Positions 47,801 to 62,115 of a stretch of DNA of 64,000 nt are shown here, one piece after another. The notes below the pieces were generated by a model. That model did not search any database and was not told the origin of the DNA. It saw only the letters and a program-made list of their open reading frames with translations. The DNA lies in NCBI RefSeq assembly GCF_947568905.1, contig NC_079168.1, forward strand, positions 71,362,001-71,426,000, read 5' to 3'. The translations under genes were made by a program, and so were the position numbers. The stretch is from Ostrea edulis. Lineage: Eukaryota. Each line of letters opens with the position of its first letter. The first letter of the stretch is position 1.

Positions 47801-50800
47801 TACAAGGGATATTCTTGCTAGATTTTGCAATGTTATTCTCCTATAATAGAAGAGAAAGCTACTATTTAAGACTCTTTAATGCTGTGGATTGAGTTTTAAA
47901 TAGAAGGTTAGCAAATCATTTTGTAATTGAGACAAAGTCAAAACCTAAATACAAGGAGAACTAAACATGTTCAAAACCTAAACACAAAAGAGGTAAACGT
48001 GTTCAAAACCTAAACACAATAAGGGTAAACATGTTTAAAACCTAAACATAATAAGGGTTAAACATGTTCTACACCTAAACATAAAAAGAATTAAACATGT
48101 TCAAAACCTAAACACAATTAGTTAGACATGTTCCAAACCTAAACACAAAGAGATTTAAACATGTTAAAAACCTAAACACATTGGATTGAACATGTTCAAA
48201 ACCTAAACACAATTAGTTAGACATGTTCCAAACCTAAACACAAAGAGATTTAAACAGTGTTAAAAACCTAAACACATTGGATTGAACATGTTCAAAACCT
48301 AAACGTAAAAAGTGTTAAACATGTTTAAAACCTAAACACAAAAAGTGTTAAACATGTTTAGATTTAGAACGCGTTCAAAACTGTACACAAGAAATGTGTT
48401 TAACTTTGTGTTTAGGATCTAAACACCATTTTTAGAGTGCATGTATTAAAATCTTAACACAACATGGCATTTGTGTGTAAACATTTCCAACACATGTGAT
48501 AGAATACAGTAACAATTCTGTTGCAGACATGCATGCTATCAAGATTTATGGCCTACAGACAGTTTATCAACTAGGTTAAACGCAGTCAGCCTCTTGGGGG
48601 GGAAAATCAGAGTAGTTTTACCCTCATTTAATTGTTGTGACATAAATTAAGGGAGCATTTCCTACAGAGCACTGCAATTATGTAGGATTTCTTTAAAAAA
48701 AACATCAGACTCTGATAGAGAATCTAAATATTAGTAAATAAGTATTTTTTAATGTCAATAAAGAATATAATTGTAAATTGAATCTCCAAAATTTATCTGT
48801 GGTCCATGTACATAAATTGTTATAAAGTATATAAGTTACATGCCTATGTTGCAATATTTTTATGACACAGTCACCTTAATATTTAAAATCTAATGAAATT
48901 AATTGATATGGAAACTTGAAACATACAGTGTACTGAGTAAGTTCAGAAGTTAGAGGAGCTGGAAATATTTTGTGGGAGTGTTTTCTTCTTTTTCTTAATG
49001 CATTGTAATTAGATTTGATTTCAATTCTTTTTGCTCCAAAACCTTATCCATCAATTGTAATATGAATCCATAAACTTTTTCTGCTGTATAACAGTGACCC
49101 AGTCAACAGCAATGTGTCTCATCTACGTCAGAGTACAGATGCATACTGGGAAATAATGGATGACCTCCATAAACCTTTAACTTAGAGTGTTCAATTGATC
49201 AAATCTCGTAATAGAAACAAGCAAATTAGATTTAGGCCACACTATTCAGTTTCAGGAGGTCTTTTAAGTTTATTATGCAACAAATATTTTTTTCATGTTC
49301 ACTTCCTTTAACTGATAAGATAACCTTGAATTTATGGGGGGGGGGAAAAATTAGAAACCATGATAATTTATATATATATATATAAAGTCAAAAAATAAAA
49401 TCCAATACTCAAACTTTTATCTATAGCGCTTTCGCCTTGCGGGCTCGTCAGTAGATGTGGCTTATTAGCTCACCGGGTTACAACCGCTTTTGTTAGATCA
49501 CACCCCAGAAGCCAATCCAGAAAAAGAGAAGAAAATGTTAAAAGAATTTCCCAAACATTGATATCACTTGTATGAGCATGTACCTTAGGTGGGGTAAAAC
49601 AGTCTAAGTAGGGTTAAATTGTTGATTTATGAAAATAAAGGTGGGTGCTCTTGATTTATGCTTACACCATCGTACTGTACGCTACAATGTACATGTAGGT
49701 GTTTGTTACACAGTGTAAATGGGTGTGGTGTATTTTCAACTTGGATGGGCAAATGGTAGTAGACGAATGGCGTATGAAGTTTTCCCTTTTATCATTTTTT
49801 TTCTTCAATTGATTTATAACTCCGGATTAGGATATAAAATATAGCAGAATGTTCACCAATGGGTGGTATATTTCTTACAGGAAATTCTGCGTCCGCTTCT
49901 GCCCTTGCGAACAACAAATGCGGAACACCAGCCTCACCTTCACACTATTCAACAACGCAGCGATACACCTATATACGCATGGTGACGGACGCCAGCGTGC
50001 AGAAAGCCGGATTCAAAATGGAGTTCCTTGCAGCCAAAGACTATTGTATGATAACTAATTTAGATAAAACATTGTGCATGTAAATAGAATATCGGTACCT
50101 CACATTCTATACTAACAACCATTATTTAGCATTACTGTGAAACATAATATTCATGAGGTAAATCTGAAGGAAAAAATTCCAATAACTCTTGTGCTATCCG
50201 TTCTCAAAACGGTTTAAAGAATGCCATTTTCAGTCCTCATCTTACTACATGTAAAACAACGTGTGTTTTTTTTTTTACGTCACTTTGTAGCTGGGACCGG
50301 ATGTACCTCCACGCAGGCTTTACCCGCAACTGACGCCATCCAGATTCTCTCAAGTCCAAATTTCCCAGGCTTATACAACAAGTACATCAAATTTTTAAAT
50401 GTTGTTGACAATATTTTGACAATTGTAATCACATTGTTTGATGCTTCTTTTTATACCATCGTTTTACAGTGCTCAGAATTGTCGATGGGTGATCACCAGC
50501 ACCTCCGGAAGTGTGGACCTAAACGTAGTGTTTTCTGATATAGAGGACGACATCCCAGGTCAATGCAGCTACGACAAATACGCCATAAACGACGGTCAGT
50601 AATACACTGCTCGAAATCACCTATTCGTTATGCTCTTGATATCGAAGATTGGTGTGCATATATTGTTTTTTGGGCTGTCCGAATTTCTCTACATCTCTTT
50701 TATAAAACTTTAACCTTGATCTTAACTTTTTAAGCCATACAAGATAGGAACTTCAAAACTTCTTAAGCTAAATGACCGAGGTCAAAGTTAGGAAAAGGTC

Positions 50801-51380
50801 AAATTTGTCAGACTGTAACCTGGCGACTATTGTGTTTCATTTTAAGAGCGTCAATAATGAACAATTTTCCAAGTTTTTTCTTGAAATCGTTTTAGGAGAC
50901 GACCGTTGTGACAATAATGTGATCAGCACCGTGTGTTCTCAGTACCCAAAGGTGGCTCCCTTCACCTTCACGTCCTCGGGGTCATCGGTCTTGATTTCAT
51001 TTGTTAGTGACAGTAGTGTAGGACGTCATGGTTTCCTTATAAAATACAAATCGAATGTGACTGAGACAACCACTACAGCACAGACGACAGAACCAACACA
51101 GACAACGTCCACCGTTCTGAAAACTATATCAAAAAGTAAGGAAAATGGGTAGTGCATTACACAACAAAGAAAAAGAAACCTAAGTATGTTCAAGGTAGGA
51201 AATTAGATATCTAAACCTTGTTTAAATATTTCAGATTCGAGCACGTGCATAGACATGGAGGTGGTGATCGGCATTGTTTTTGGATCTCTGGGTGTAGTAA
51301 TTTTTTCCTATACATTTATTGTTCTGATGATTATAAGATCTTACAATATACAACTTAAAACTGTTAAGCCAAAATTATGA
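44873..51380 (+). CDS. Type I membrane protein: signal peptide, two CUB domains, Thr-rich stalk, TM helix, short tail (~349 aa)
   Basis: Exons 44873-44881, 44982-45036, 45225-45333, 45465-45574, 49881-50045, 50291-50381, 50470-50594, 50896-51135 and 51235-51380. All GT-AG and in phase. CUB motifs DCWWRI, IYDG, TDASVQKAGF, SSPNFP, NCRWVI, SDSSVGRHGF; TM VVIGIVFGSLGVVIFSYTFIVLMII. Confidence 0.88.
46737..48439. mobile_element. Non-autonomous CACTA/EnSpm-like element in a CUB gene intron
   Basis: Termini CACTCTAAAAA / TTTTTAGAGTG, 2-bp TSD CA, and many subterminal aaacctaaacac/aaacatgtt repeats at both ends. Confidence 0.8.
49419..49456 (-). ncRNA. Minimal type I hammerhead ribozyme, canonical core
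   Basis: Minus strand reads ATCTA-CTGACGA-GCC-cgcaa-GGC-GAAA-GCGCT-A-TAGAT. Palindromic stem III AGCGCT; CUA cleavage triplet. Confidence 0.82.
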
Positions 51381-52253
51381 TGTACCACGGGATGATCTCG
51401 GTTTTCTATTGTTGTTTTTGTTCTAAATTATGAAAGGTGCTTTACATTTTCTCTACTATGACTTTTGTGAGTAATATTTGATTATGAATGTATTATGTTT
51501 TACAAGAGTTCAGTTTTTTGTTGTTTGTATAAAAATAATCCATTTACGCTGATGGTCCTTTAAATCAATGGAATGAAATGTTTATAATTGTGCGAAACAT
51601 ATCCCAAAACTACACTGTATAATCACTGATATGACACGCACAACTTCCTTGGTAATCTTGAATCCCGAGACCTACATGCACTCTCGCTACATTGTACTGG
51701 GTCTAAGCGGTTTTCCTCTATCTTGGAACCATAATCAAGTGTACCTTGTCTCTATCTAGCAGTATTTATATAAATGAAACTGTTTCCACTAAACAGATAT
51801 CTATATACTGATAAAACAACAATGACCACAAAATATTTACTGATTTTTATAATCCTCTGTATTGTCAAGCACAAGAAGTAGAATCACAGTGTTCAAACAA
51901 TAACAACTGATTTGCACCGGATGTAAAGTTAATATACAACATTTAACACACTCACTCCGCATCACCCTTTGATTTCCATCTTGTTGTTGATCACACGAAT
52001 TTAAAAAAAACGAGTGCAATTGCAAATATATTCCTGGTCTAATCCTGATTCCGTAGCGTTAACATAGGCGTACCTTGGGTTCGAATATTACCGAGGCAGG
52101 GGGTCTGGGGGGCGCAGCCCCCCAGAAGCTATCGACATTTTAACAACGTAAAAGGTGGGGTTTTTTTTACCGAGGCAGCTGACTCGGTTGCCTCAATGGA
52201 AGCTACGCCACTGGTTAACTTTCGACTTTGTGGAACCTGTGGAATATGGTTTC

Positions 52254-53535
52254 CTACACAAGAGTATTGAGATCCCTGTTGACGTCCTCGTCTTTGTTGC
52301 TATCTTCGTACGCCGGAAGTCCTCGTGAAGCACTAGACATTTCGTCATACCAGTGGTATATGTTCTGCACCATACACAATAAGCCCAGTATTGTCCCAAA
52401 GATGAGCACCACCACGGCAGTTACAGCAGGGGTCCGTTTTAAACGTAACACTACACACAACATTAAAGCTGAAAAAAATCAACTTACAAATAAGATAATG
52501 TAAAGTAGTAAACTTTATTGACCTCAGTTTGCTTTGATTGCACAATATTTATATTTGTCAGTACTAAACTTACACTTTTTAGTGTATATTTCAGGATAAA
52601 AGCACTGACCTATGAACGTGAAATTTAAACCTATATATTACCAGACAAATTATAAGTAATAAATATCTAGGTAGTTTGATTTGTTGATGAAGTATATGTG
52701 GAAGTTTTTGTTTGAATCGGCTTGCGCCATGTTTCCATTGTCTGTATATCTCCATAAAACAAACCGCCTTGTTATTTCTTCCCTAAATAAGACAGCATTG
52801 CATACAGTTTGACATACTTAAGAGAAAAACTGGAAATGAGATGAAAAAACCAACAACTGCCACCAGTCTGCTGCTGGAACATTCACGGAAATATTTCATG
52901 GCCCTGCAATACAAAGTAAATAAATAAATGCATCCAGTTATTATAACAATGACGGGACAACATTTCGAACACTCTCATGAATTACAGCACAGCACTTACC
53001 TCTCCGGACCATCGACGGTTTTAATGACTTTAGAAGCTATAAAACATTGCATAGAACACACTAACACACAGTTTGCCGACAGAATTATCACAAGAGTTGA
53101 GAAAGCTGTGAATACTTCCGTCACATCCTCATACTGACTGGCTGACGTCAGCAAACTACCGTTCCGAAATCCACTCTCAGGAACATCGCCAGTTCCAATG
53201 AGGAAAATATAAATATCCAATAGTAAGACAACGGAAGAAGATAAACACAAGATTGCCATACTTTGAATTGTCTGTGACACGTTGTTTTTGGCAATGTTTT
53301 CTGGCTGTGTTAAAAAGTTATTTTCTTTTGTTTTTTGTTCAGTCTGTATAGAGGTTTGCTTGGAAGACATTCTACTTGATGGTCTACTGACTACTTCCGG
53401 TGTTCTGCGCGTATTCAAAATTTGTTCCTTTTGTTTTTCCACAATGTCATGATTGTTCTTATTATCCTCTTTCTTTTGTATGACAACTTCCAGGAGATCT
53501 CGGTTTCTGAAACTTTCTTTGGTATAAAGCTCCAT
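52254..53535 (-). CDS. Jiraiya/TMEM221-like multi-pass membrane protein (~278 aa)
   Basis: Exons 53535-53000, 52903-52818 and 52468-52254, in phase. Several hydrophobic helices. The segment CVLVCSMQCFIASKV..GPERAMKYF...R.VAVVGFFIS resembles the Jiraiya family as recalled; not searched. Confidence 0.72.
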
Positions 53536-55565
53536 TGTAAACTGGCATCAAACACGCACCTGTCTGAAAAATAGTTCCTGTAAAAGCCGGTCCAACTGAT
53601 TTTCAAAGACAATGTTAAATAAAGATTCAATATGAGATCTATTAAAATTAATGCAGCGAAAATATATTCTGTGAATGCCTGTAGTAGGCTGATTGATTTA
53701 TCACGTGATCCGAATTAATTAGAAATTCTTTTAATCAATACCATCCTTATTAGTTATCAGTTGGTCTAAATCACGACAGTAAACCATTAACGTTGTNNNN
53801 NNNNNNNNNNNNNNNNNNNNNNNNNNNNNNNNNNNNNNNNNNNNNNNNNNNNNNNNNNNNNNNNNNNNNNNNNNNNNNNNNNNNNNNNNNNNNNNNNNNN
53901 NNNNNNNNNNNNNNNNNNNNNNNNNNNNNNNTTGATTACAGAAATCGTCAAGAAAGGAATGTCATAGGTTAACGTGTGTTTGTCTGATTGTCAGAAATGA
54001 ATATCAGAAGGTTTGTCTGATTGTCAGAAATGAATATCAGGAGAGACAGATTTGGATGTTGTGAACTTCTTAATAGTATATAGCGTATATATTGGAATCA
54101 AAACTACAAGCTCGTATTATTTGCATACTATTCATTGCAAGAAACACGGTGATCTACACAGAGACTGTTTGTGTTGTGACTTAGTGGCAGATACAAAAGA
54201 AGAAACACATTTTTTTAGCAATAAAACTCTTCTGTAAATGAAAACTTCATGGTAGCAAGATTATGTCACCGCTATTTACAAGTAAGATTTTAATATTGAA
54301 CCTGAGCTGGGATAACACACCTGAGTTCTCTGTACGTGTGATTATGATGGAATGTTCTGTTGTAGGTTTCTCTGAGACGTCTCAACGTGCACAGGTGTGC
54401 TAATACCTGGAACAAAAGTACAAAAGATCTTGCACGTTTTGCACAAACATTTCCTTATCATCGATTACCTTTTGCAGTATGCAGAGTTATCGGGAACAAT
54501 AACGCTTGTAAATTTGTAATCGCTACAGAATGCTCTATAAGCTGTATAAACTACATGTATGTAGAAAGAACTATGTATAAAGCTTAACTGGAATTTTTTT
54601 CAATACCGGCGCGCGCGCGCGCGTACACACACACACACACACACGTGTATATATTTAGCGTATATATGATAAAACAATAAATCAAAACATACAACACACG
54701 CAGCCCTGTATTACGGAGTTGGTGAAGGACTGATCTCGATGAACATGCAGTAAGCTATGCAATAAACATTAAAATTACCTTTAAAGCGTATAAGAAACAT
54801 CCACAGGTCCAACGGCCGTTCTGTATCCAATGAAAATAACCTTGTTCTGTCTAATGAAGGTAACCTTCACAGTAGGTTCAGTCTTCCAATTTTGGGTAAG
54901 TAATGAAGAAAATAGTTTCCTCCTTTTGAGGACCAGGTCTCGCCTTTATTTCTGCTTACTTACGCAGACTACACAAGTATTGATTGAAGCAGACGACTCT
55001 AATCGTGTTTGATGAACAGGCCAGTCACCGTATTTTTCTTGTTAAATCCTCGATCACGTTGAATTACCATCATGCATGCATAATTCTGCACTATTTACAT
55101 GCAGGAGTGAATGGAAAAGTGCTTTTAAAGATATAAACAACATTGGACTTTGCCATCTCTGACTTCCAATGGAGTCAGATCACTAAAAAGATAATATTGT
55201 AAAACCTAAATCTACCTATTCATACTCGTCGCTTCAGTTTAAGCCTCTCCAATTTCCTCCTCATTCAATTTAAATTGAAATACTGCTATTCTTGTAATGG
55301 GAGTAATTTGCCTTTTGTGATGTTCACTTAGAGTTTTACAAACCGTTGGTCTCATGAATGTTAATTGAAAATCATTTAAAATTTAAACACCCCGACGGAC
55401 GACGAAAGGCATGATTAGCATGAACTACTGCAGAATAAACAAAGTGCATATATAATATGTGAACCTTGTTGGGGCTGGTGGTCCTTATCGATGTTCGTGA
55501 AGTCATTGAGTGTAGGACTGCTGCAACAGAGCAAAGATAATTTTTTACTTGTTCGGCAAAACAAT

Positions 55566-56200
55566 ACAGGTATCCCACAAATAGGCATGAGATGTGTTAA
55601 CGTGCGGGATCTACTTACATGTAAATACAGTGTATCCCACAAATAGGCATGAGATGTGTTAACGTGCGGGATCTACTTACACATATATATACAGTGTATC
55701 CCACAAATAGGCATGAGATGTGTTAACGTGCGGGATCTACTTACACATATATATACAGTGTATCCCACAAATAGGCATGCGATGTGTTAACGTGCGGGAT
55801 CTACTTACATATATATATATACAGTGTATCCCACAAATAGGCATGCGATGTGTTAACGTGCGGGATCTACTTACATATATATATACAGTGTATCCCACAA
55901 ATAGGCATGAGATGTGTTAACGTGCGGGATCTACTTACATATATATATACAGTGTATCCCACAAATAGGCATGAGATGTGTTAACGTGCGGGATCTACTT
56001 ACATATATATATACAGTGTATCCCACAAATAGGCATGAGATGTGTTAACGTGCGGGATCTACTTACATATATATATACAGTGTATCCCACAAATAGGCAT
56101 GCGATGTGTTAACGTGCGGGATCTACTTACATGTAAATACAGTGTATCCCACAAATAGGCATGAAATGTGTTAACGTGCGGCATCTACTTATATTCAGTG
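55566..56200. repeat. ~64-bp minisatellite, 10 units, each with a variable internal (TA)n
   Basis: Unit starts at 55566, 55627, 55691, 55755, 55821, 55885, 55949, 56013, 56077 and 56139. Confidence 0.95.
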
Positions 56201-57829
56201 TATCTTTATAACAATTATATATAATTTTAGTTTTTACCTATTTTAAAGGTACATGAAAACTTTCATTTTTTAAAATTTTTATTCATTTATTTTGATTTTT
56301 GATGTTTAGAATGCTTAACTAAGGTCAGCAAAATTTGAATGTCAGTTGTCAAGGAACATGGAAGATACAGAAGTAACAAGGCTTGTGACATGTTTTTGTT
56401 TATATAGGTTAAATGAACTAGTAAAAGGTTCGTTTAAAGCAGTTTTTTTTTTCAATTTATCAGCGAATTCAAAACACAATTAAATATTTTCTAGTGTTTG
56501 GCACATCTCATTGTGTTTTAAACACGCATTTTTCTATTAAACAGTCAAATGTCAGGAGCGGATCCAAGAATTGCGGTTACAGGGGCGCCACTTTATGAGG
56601 CAGGGGGTCTAGGGCGAAACCCTGGTGGGGGCCCAGGGGGCAAAGCCCCCGGAAACTCCTGGATTTTACAGATTTCATAGGGCTTGAAATATGTCTCCTA
56701 TTTAGTCATTTGTACTATTTTCTATCATTTTTAACAAGGTGAAATTAATAAAATGACGCAAATATTAAGGGTTTGGGGGAAAAAATTAAATTTTCCCAAT
56801 AAAGTAATTCAAGAAATCAAAAGATTTTGTCCTTTATTTCTCCGAGAGTGGAAGAAATTATTGCTTCTTTTATCGTTTAGTACATTTTTCTGAACAAGAT
56901 ACCACGATTTACCTTAAATTTGAAAATTTTATGAGAGGGGGGGGGGGGGGGGCGGTTGCGCCCCCTTAAGGTATTCAATGTACATGTATAATGACCATAT
57001 TTCATATCTAATAAATGGATGGTGGAATATTTGTAATCATGGTATCAATTTGAAGGGTTCATCAAATGAAAATAATCCACCATAGGAATTTTCAAAATTT
57101 TGTTTACTGCTTGATTTATCTCACCTAGAATTTAACATTAAAGTATATGGGGGGAAAGCATGTTTTATTACAATATTTTAAAAACAAGTTATATTATCAT
57201 ACTAATCTCTTGGTAGAAAGTTGCATACACTTTCTTTTTATGAAAATATGAAATAAAATTAATCAATGACCACACACATTTTTAGAAAATTGGGTTTTTC
57301 TTATTTTTACAAAGGGCAAACGACTCTTCCAAAAAGTCTTAAGTGCAAAAAGGTCAGCTTCTAATCATTTACCAGTCATGTGAATTTCATCTGCTTCACT
57401 TTCATCATTATTTAAAAATAAACTTTTAAGTTGATCTAAATCCTTCAAAATTGTTCATTTTCCTTTCATTATACATGGAATACCTTAAACCCGCCACTGA
57501 ATGTAAACAAAAACATGGTACGAGTCTTGTTTACTTAACAAAGAATTGCGAGTTCTGTATCTCACTTATAACTCAACAACTGATGGTTGACCATTAGAAA
57601 TACTTTAGTTAAGAATTGTAAACAATAAAAATGGAAAAATAAAATTTGAAACTTTTCAGCTGAAATGGTGTCCATAGCGAGCCCAGCCCGTGTCATGGCC
57701 GCCTCAAACCTAAGACGTTAACATAGGTAGTGATTGCTCCTTCACCAAGAGATCGGCATTTAGAAGCTGGTGACGTCTCAATATGAGTGAAAAAAATCTA
57801 TTTAGTCGTAATCAGATGAAGACGATATA

Positions 57830-60800
57830 ATTATGACGGTGACAACAGTTTTACTGAGCACAGCCATTTCCACTTATCAAAAAGAGGAAGACAATAAACG
57901 TTTGGACATGTCAGTGGATATTCAGGAAAACCGTGCTAGGAGAACATAATGCACTTTTGCAAGAGTTAAGATTCGAAGACTCCAATGCCTTTCGAAACTT
58001 CAAGTGCGTGGACTGCATCGTTACCAAAAAAAAAGTGAAGATAACGAACAATGATCAATCTCTTAACTCCTATATGGAATACAAAAGTAAGAGTTTAGCA
58101 AACACGGACCCTAGCATATACCAGAGGTGGGATCAGGTGCCTATGAGGAGTAAGCATCCACTGTTGACAAGTCACCCCAGCCGTGAGCCCCATATTTTGA
58201 TCAGGTACAGCATTTGACCCAGTGGCATGTTGTATTGGCAAACTAGATCGTTATAACGACCATATAATTTGCAACATGCTGACTTTAGACGAGACTGTTG
58301 AACCCCCTGTAACATCAACTTGTTTGTCATTAGTCTGCCTCAATCTAAACACTGATCATACGCAGAACATGCTCTTGTGTATCGAATCAGTTGAGAGACA
58401 TAAACACCATATGCTGGTGATAATGGAATATTTCTACATAAATATTGAAAGCTGATGATAAAGAAGCTAAAGTCATGCCGTTTGTGATAAAGTTGAGTTG
58501 TTAGTTTGCCGCTAGCATCTGCCTTCAATAAAATATCTCAATACAAAGCAGACGTGAAATACTTTGTGGTGTCTTTTATTTCGAGTTCACTAAATACGGT
58601 GCCAATCATGGTCCCACTGGGGGCTGGGCATGAATATAACAAGCATGAATTGTTAAACATACATGAAGACAAAATATACGTTATAGCAAAATGTACAAGA
58701 AATACAAATACGGAAATGTTCACCCGGACAGACGATGTAGAGAATTATATTTGAGATGATACTGGTTATTGAACAAGTATACTGAGATGTGTCTACAGAA
58801 AATATCAAAGAACGGTGCTGTGGGATATGCACCTTTCAGCTGTTCCAAACTGTCTGGACAGCACCCCTCATCATTTTAATGTAGATCAACAATTCAACAC
58901 AACAATAAATTAAAGTGAAGGACATTGTTAGGTTGGAATACATGACAAATAAGCTGATGTCACAGGGGTTTCAACAGTCTGGTTTGAAGTCAACATTTCG
59001 CAAATTCTTTGGTCGTTATAATGATCTTATTTGCAAATACAACCTGTCGTTAGGTCGAATGATGTCTGACTTGTTTCAAATGCAATATGTAAGGCTGTTT
59101 TTATAATTCTGATTTAGACTTTGGGCTGAAACGATTCACCGAAATATCGATACTGTTCAATTTAAACCCTCGATTCAATGTTCGATTCATTACCTCGATT
59201 TTCTGTTCGATACATTTATTACTAACTGATTCAGTAAAATACATCAGGTTCGGCTTCTAATGATTATTTTTACCTGCATGAGGGACAAAATAGCGTCAAA
59301 TAACGTTCAGACTATTGTTTGCCTTGAGTCTTACGAAAATAATAATGAACTGTATCAGTTTAAACTTAACTACAGAGCCAACATGCATCTTAACGTTTGG
59401 CAATTTGGAAACATTTTGCTTTTAGAATTATTAATGTGAATCTTGGAAATTAAATTTTTCTTTAATGTTGTTATTGGTTTCTTCTGTAAATTGTATCGTA
59501 TTGGAAGTATTGAATCATGGCGTATCGTATCGTGAAGGGGGCGTATCGTTTCAGTCGTACATGATGATGAGGAGGATTATTATTAGACTACGGATTGTTT
59601 TGATTACCTGATCAAGATGGAGGACTCGCGGTGGATGTGACCGGTCAATAGAGGATGCTTACTTCTATAGGTACCCGATCCCACCTTTAATGTGTCCATG
59701 GATCCGTGTTTGCTCTACTCTTAATTTTGTATTCTATATGAGATTGATAAGATTGTCACTGTTCATGAAAATTAACTACAAAAGGTAGGAGAATATAGAT
59801 TGTCTGTCAACAAGATACATCAAGGGACGAGACTCTAGGAACTGCGTATGCACTCATATAAAAGATAACTTTCCTCCTCATGAAAAGTGAAGATAACGAA
59901 CAGTTATCAATCTCATAAATGCCATAAGCAATACAAATTGATAGTTGGGCAAACACTGACCCCTGGACACACTAGCGGTGGGATCAGGTACCTAGGAGCA
60001 GTAAGCATCCCCTGTCGACCGGTCACACCCGCCGTGAGCCCTATATCTCGATCACGTAAACGGAATAATCTGTAGTCAAAATAAGTGTGCCACGAACGGT
60101 CTAACAATCAGTATGAAACAAGTCAGACAGCATTTGATCCAATGACAGGTTATATTGGCAAGCTAGATCGTTATAAAGACCATAGAATTTGCGAAATGCT
60201 GACTTTAAACGAGACTGTTGAAACACCTTTACGATCAACTTGTTTGTTAGTAGCTTACCTCGATTTAAAACTTGACCATACGCAGAACAAGCTCTTGGGT
60301 ATCGAATCAGTCAAGAGATATAAACAACATATGCAGGTGATAATGGAATATTGCTATATAAATATAGGAAGATGACGATGGGGAAACTGAAATCATCCCG
60401 TTTGTCATACAGTTGATTTGTTAGTTTGCCGTTAATATCTACTTCAAATAAAATATCTAAGTATGAAGCAGAAGTTGACGACTAAGTGGTGTCTTTTATT
60501 TCGAACTCGCAGGGATATATCGAATAGACATATGAATGACAGTTATTATTGTTAATATAAAGACGAAGATAACGAACAGTGATCAATCTCATAACTCCTA
60601 TAAGCAATACATAACAGAGAGTTGGGCAAACACGGACCCCTGGATATACCAGAGGTGGAATCAGGTGCCTAGGGGGAGTAAGCATCCCCTGTCGACTGGT
60701 CACACTCGCCGTGAGTCCTATATCTTGATCAGACAAACAGAGTTATCCTTATTAAATGAACATCAGTGTGCCAAGGACGGTATGAAACAAGTCAGACAGC

Positions 60801-61215
60801 ATTTAACCCAATGATACACGTAGGTTGTATTGACGAACTAGATCTTTATGACGACCATAGAATATGCGAAATGCTGATTTTAAACGAGACCGTTGAAATA
60901 TATTTTCTAAACCAATGGGCAGTGACCCATACCAAGAGAATCGTTTTAATGTATTCAAAAACTACGTGAGAAGAAGAAATCTCTTGCTGTGGTCTTCAAT
61001 GTGACATTGAAATAGATCAATGACGTTTTATTTATCAACAATGATAACTTTCATTCATATGTCCATTCAATATATCCCTGTGAAATCGAAATAAAAGACA
61101 CCACAAAGTCGTCAATTTCTTCTTCATACTTAGATATTTTATTGATGTGTCCAGGGACCAGTGTTTGCCATACTCTTAATTTTGTATTCTTTATAGAAGT
61201 TATCAAAGACTGTTC
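57830..61215. mobile_element. Cluster of nested fragments of the same PLE family in both orientations
   Basis: RT thumb segments at 58230-58600 (-), 58920-59100 (+), 60090-60540 (-), 60740-60900 (-) and 61020-61145 (+). The conserved 3' module (gtgaagataacgaacagtgatcaatctc...cccctgtcgaccggtcac) is at 58035-58205, 59590-59765, 59885-60060 and 60565-60735. Confidence 0.85.
59121..59559. mobile_element. hAT-type MITE inserted into a PLE 3' region
   Basis: Ends ttgggctgaaacgat / atcgtttcagtcgta with (cgata/tatcg) subterminal repeats. The host PLE sequence resumes at ~59582. Confidence 0.6.
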
Positions 61216-62057
61216 GTTATCTTCACTTTTTCATAGTAATATAAAAAATCGGGTCACGATCGAGATGCTATATGTTAAATAGGAATATTTAAGAAAATAT
61301 TGTGAAATCTATCCCGCAATGAAAAGGCTTGTAATTTGTCAAATTAGCATACAAGTTCGCACCTAAATTGGCATTTTATGAAGATTCGCGTTTGTTCAAA
61401 CCATTGAACATGGAAGTAGAAAAAATGCTCAAGAAGTTTCTTGTTCTTGGAATATAATGCAGGAGTCACGGTTATAGTGGCAGCATTTATAGGTGATAAG
61501 AACTCGGTGAGCGTTCAAACTTGTTTGCATTCCAATTTAATGTGTTGATATGGTAGTGGTCATTGATAATTAGCCACCAATCTTGGAATCCATCTTTTGA
61601 TTAAATGGATGTAAAAGATACCCATGCATTACAAACTAAGAGTTATTCCCCTTTGTGCAGTAATGCCGTGAATTGATAACAATTTTCCACCATTTAACTC
61701 ATAACAATTGATTGATTACATTTGAAAACACTGTGTGCGTGCAATATTTGAGGTAAACATAAGAGCTGATCTATAGAAACTCAAGAGTATACAATATCAT
61801 ATATCAAAATATACTCCTGTAGTTTACTTGAATAAATAATACTACGTAGAACTATAATTAAAAGGATACATAAAAACATGACAAACTGATATTGAAATTC
61901 TTGAGTTTAAAACAAATTTCTTTATATGTCTTCTTAAACAAAGGTATGTGATCCTCGACTTCAAATGGAGAAAGTGAAACTAAGTAACCAATGGGGAAAA
62001 GTCATACAATTCTCGAAAGTACATGCGTACTGAAAATTAAATATATATTGTAACGTT

Positions 62058-62115
62058 AGCGGTCATCCAGCCAAGTGCTAATCACACTCGCGGTTGCTTA
62101 ACTTGCGTGATCAAG
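62058..62115 (-). pseudogene. 5S rRNA-derived fragment
   Basis: The minus strand gatcacgcaagttaagcaaccgcgagtgtgattagcacttggctggatgaccgc matches the internal promoter region (box A, IE, box C) of metazoan 5S as recalled, with many substitutions. The ends are degenerate. Confidence 0.62.
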
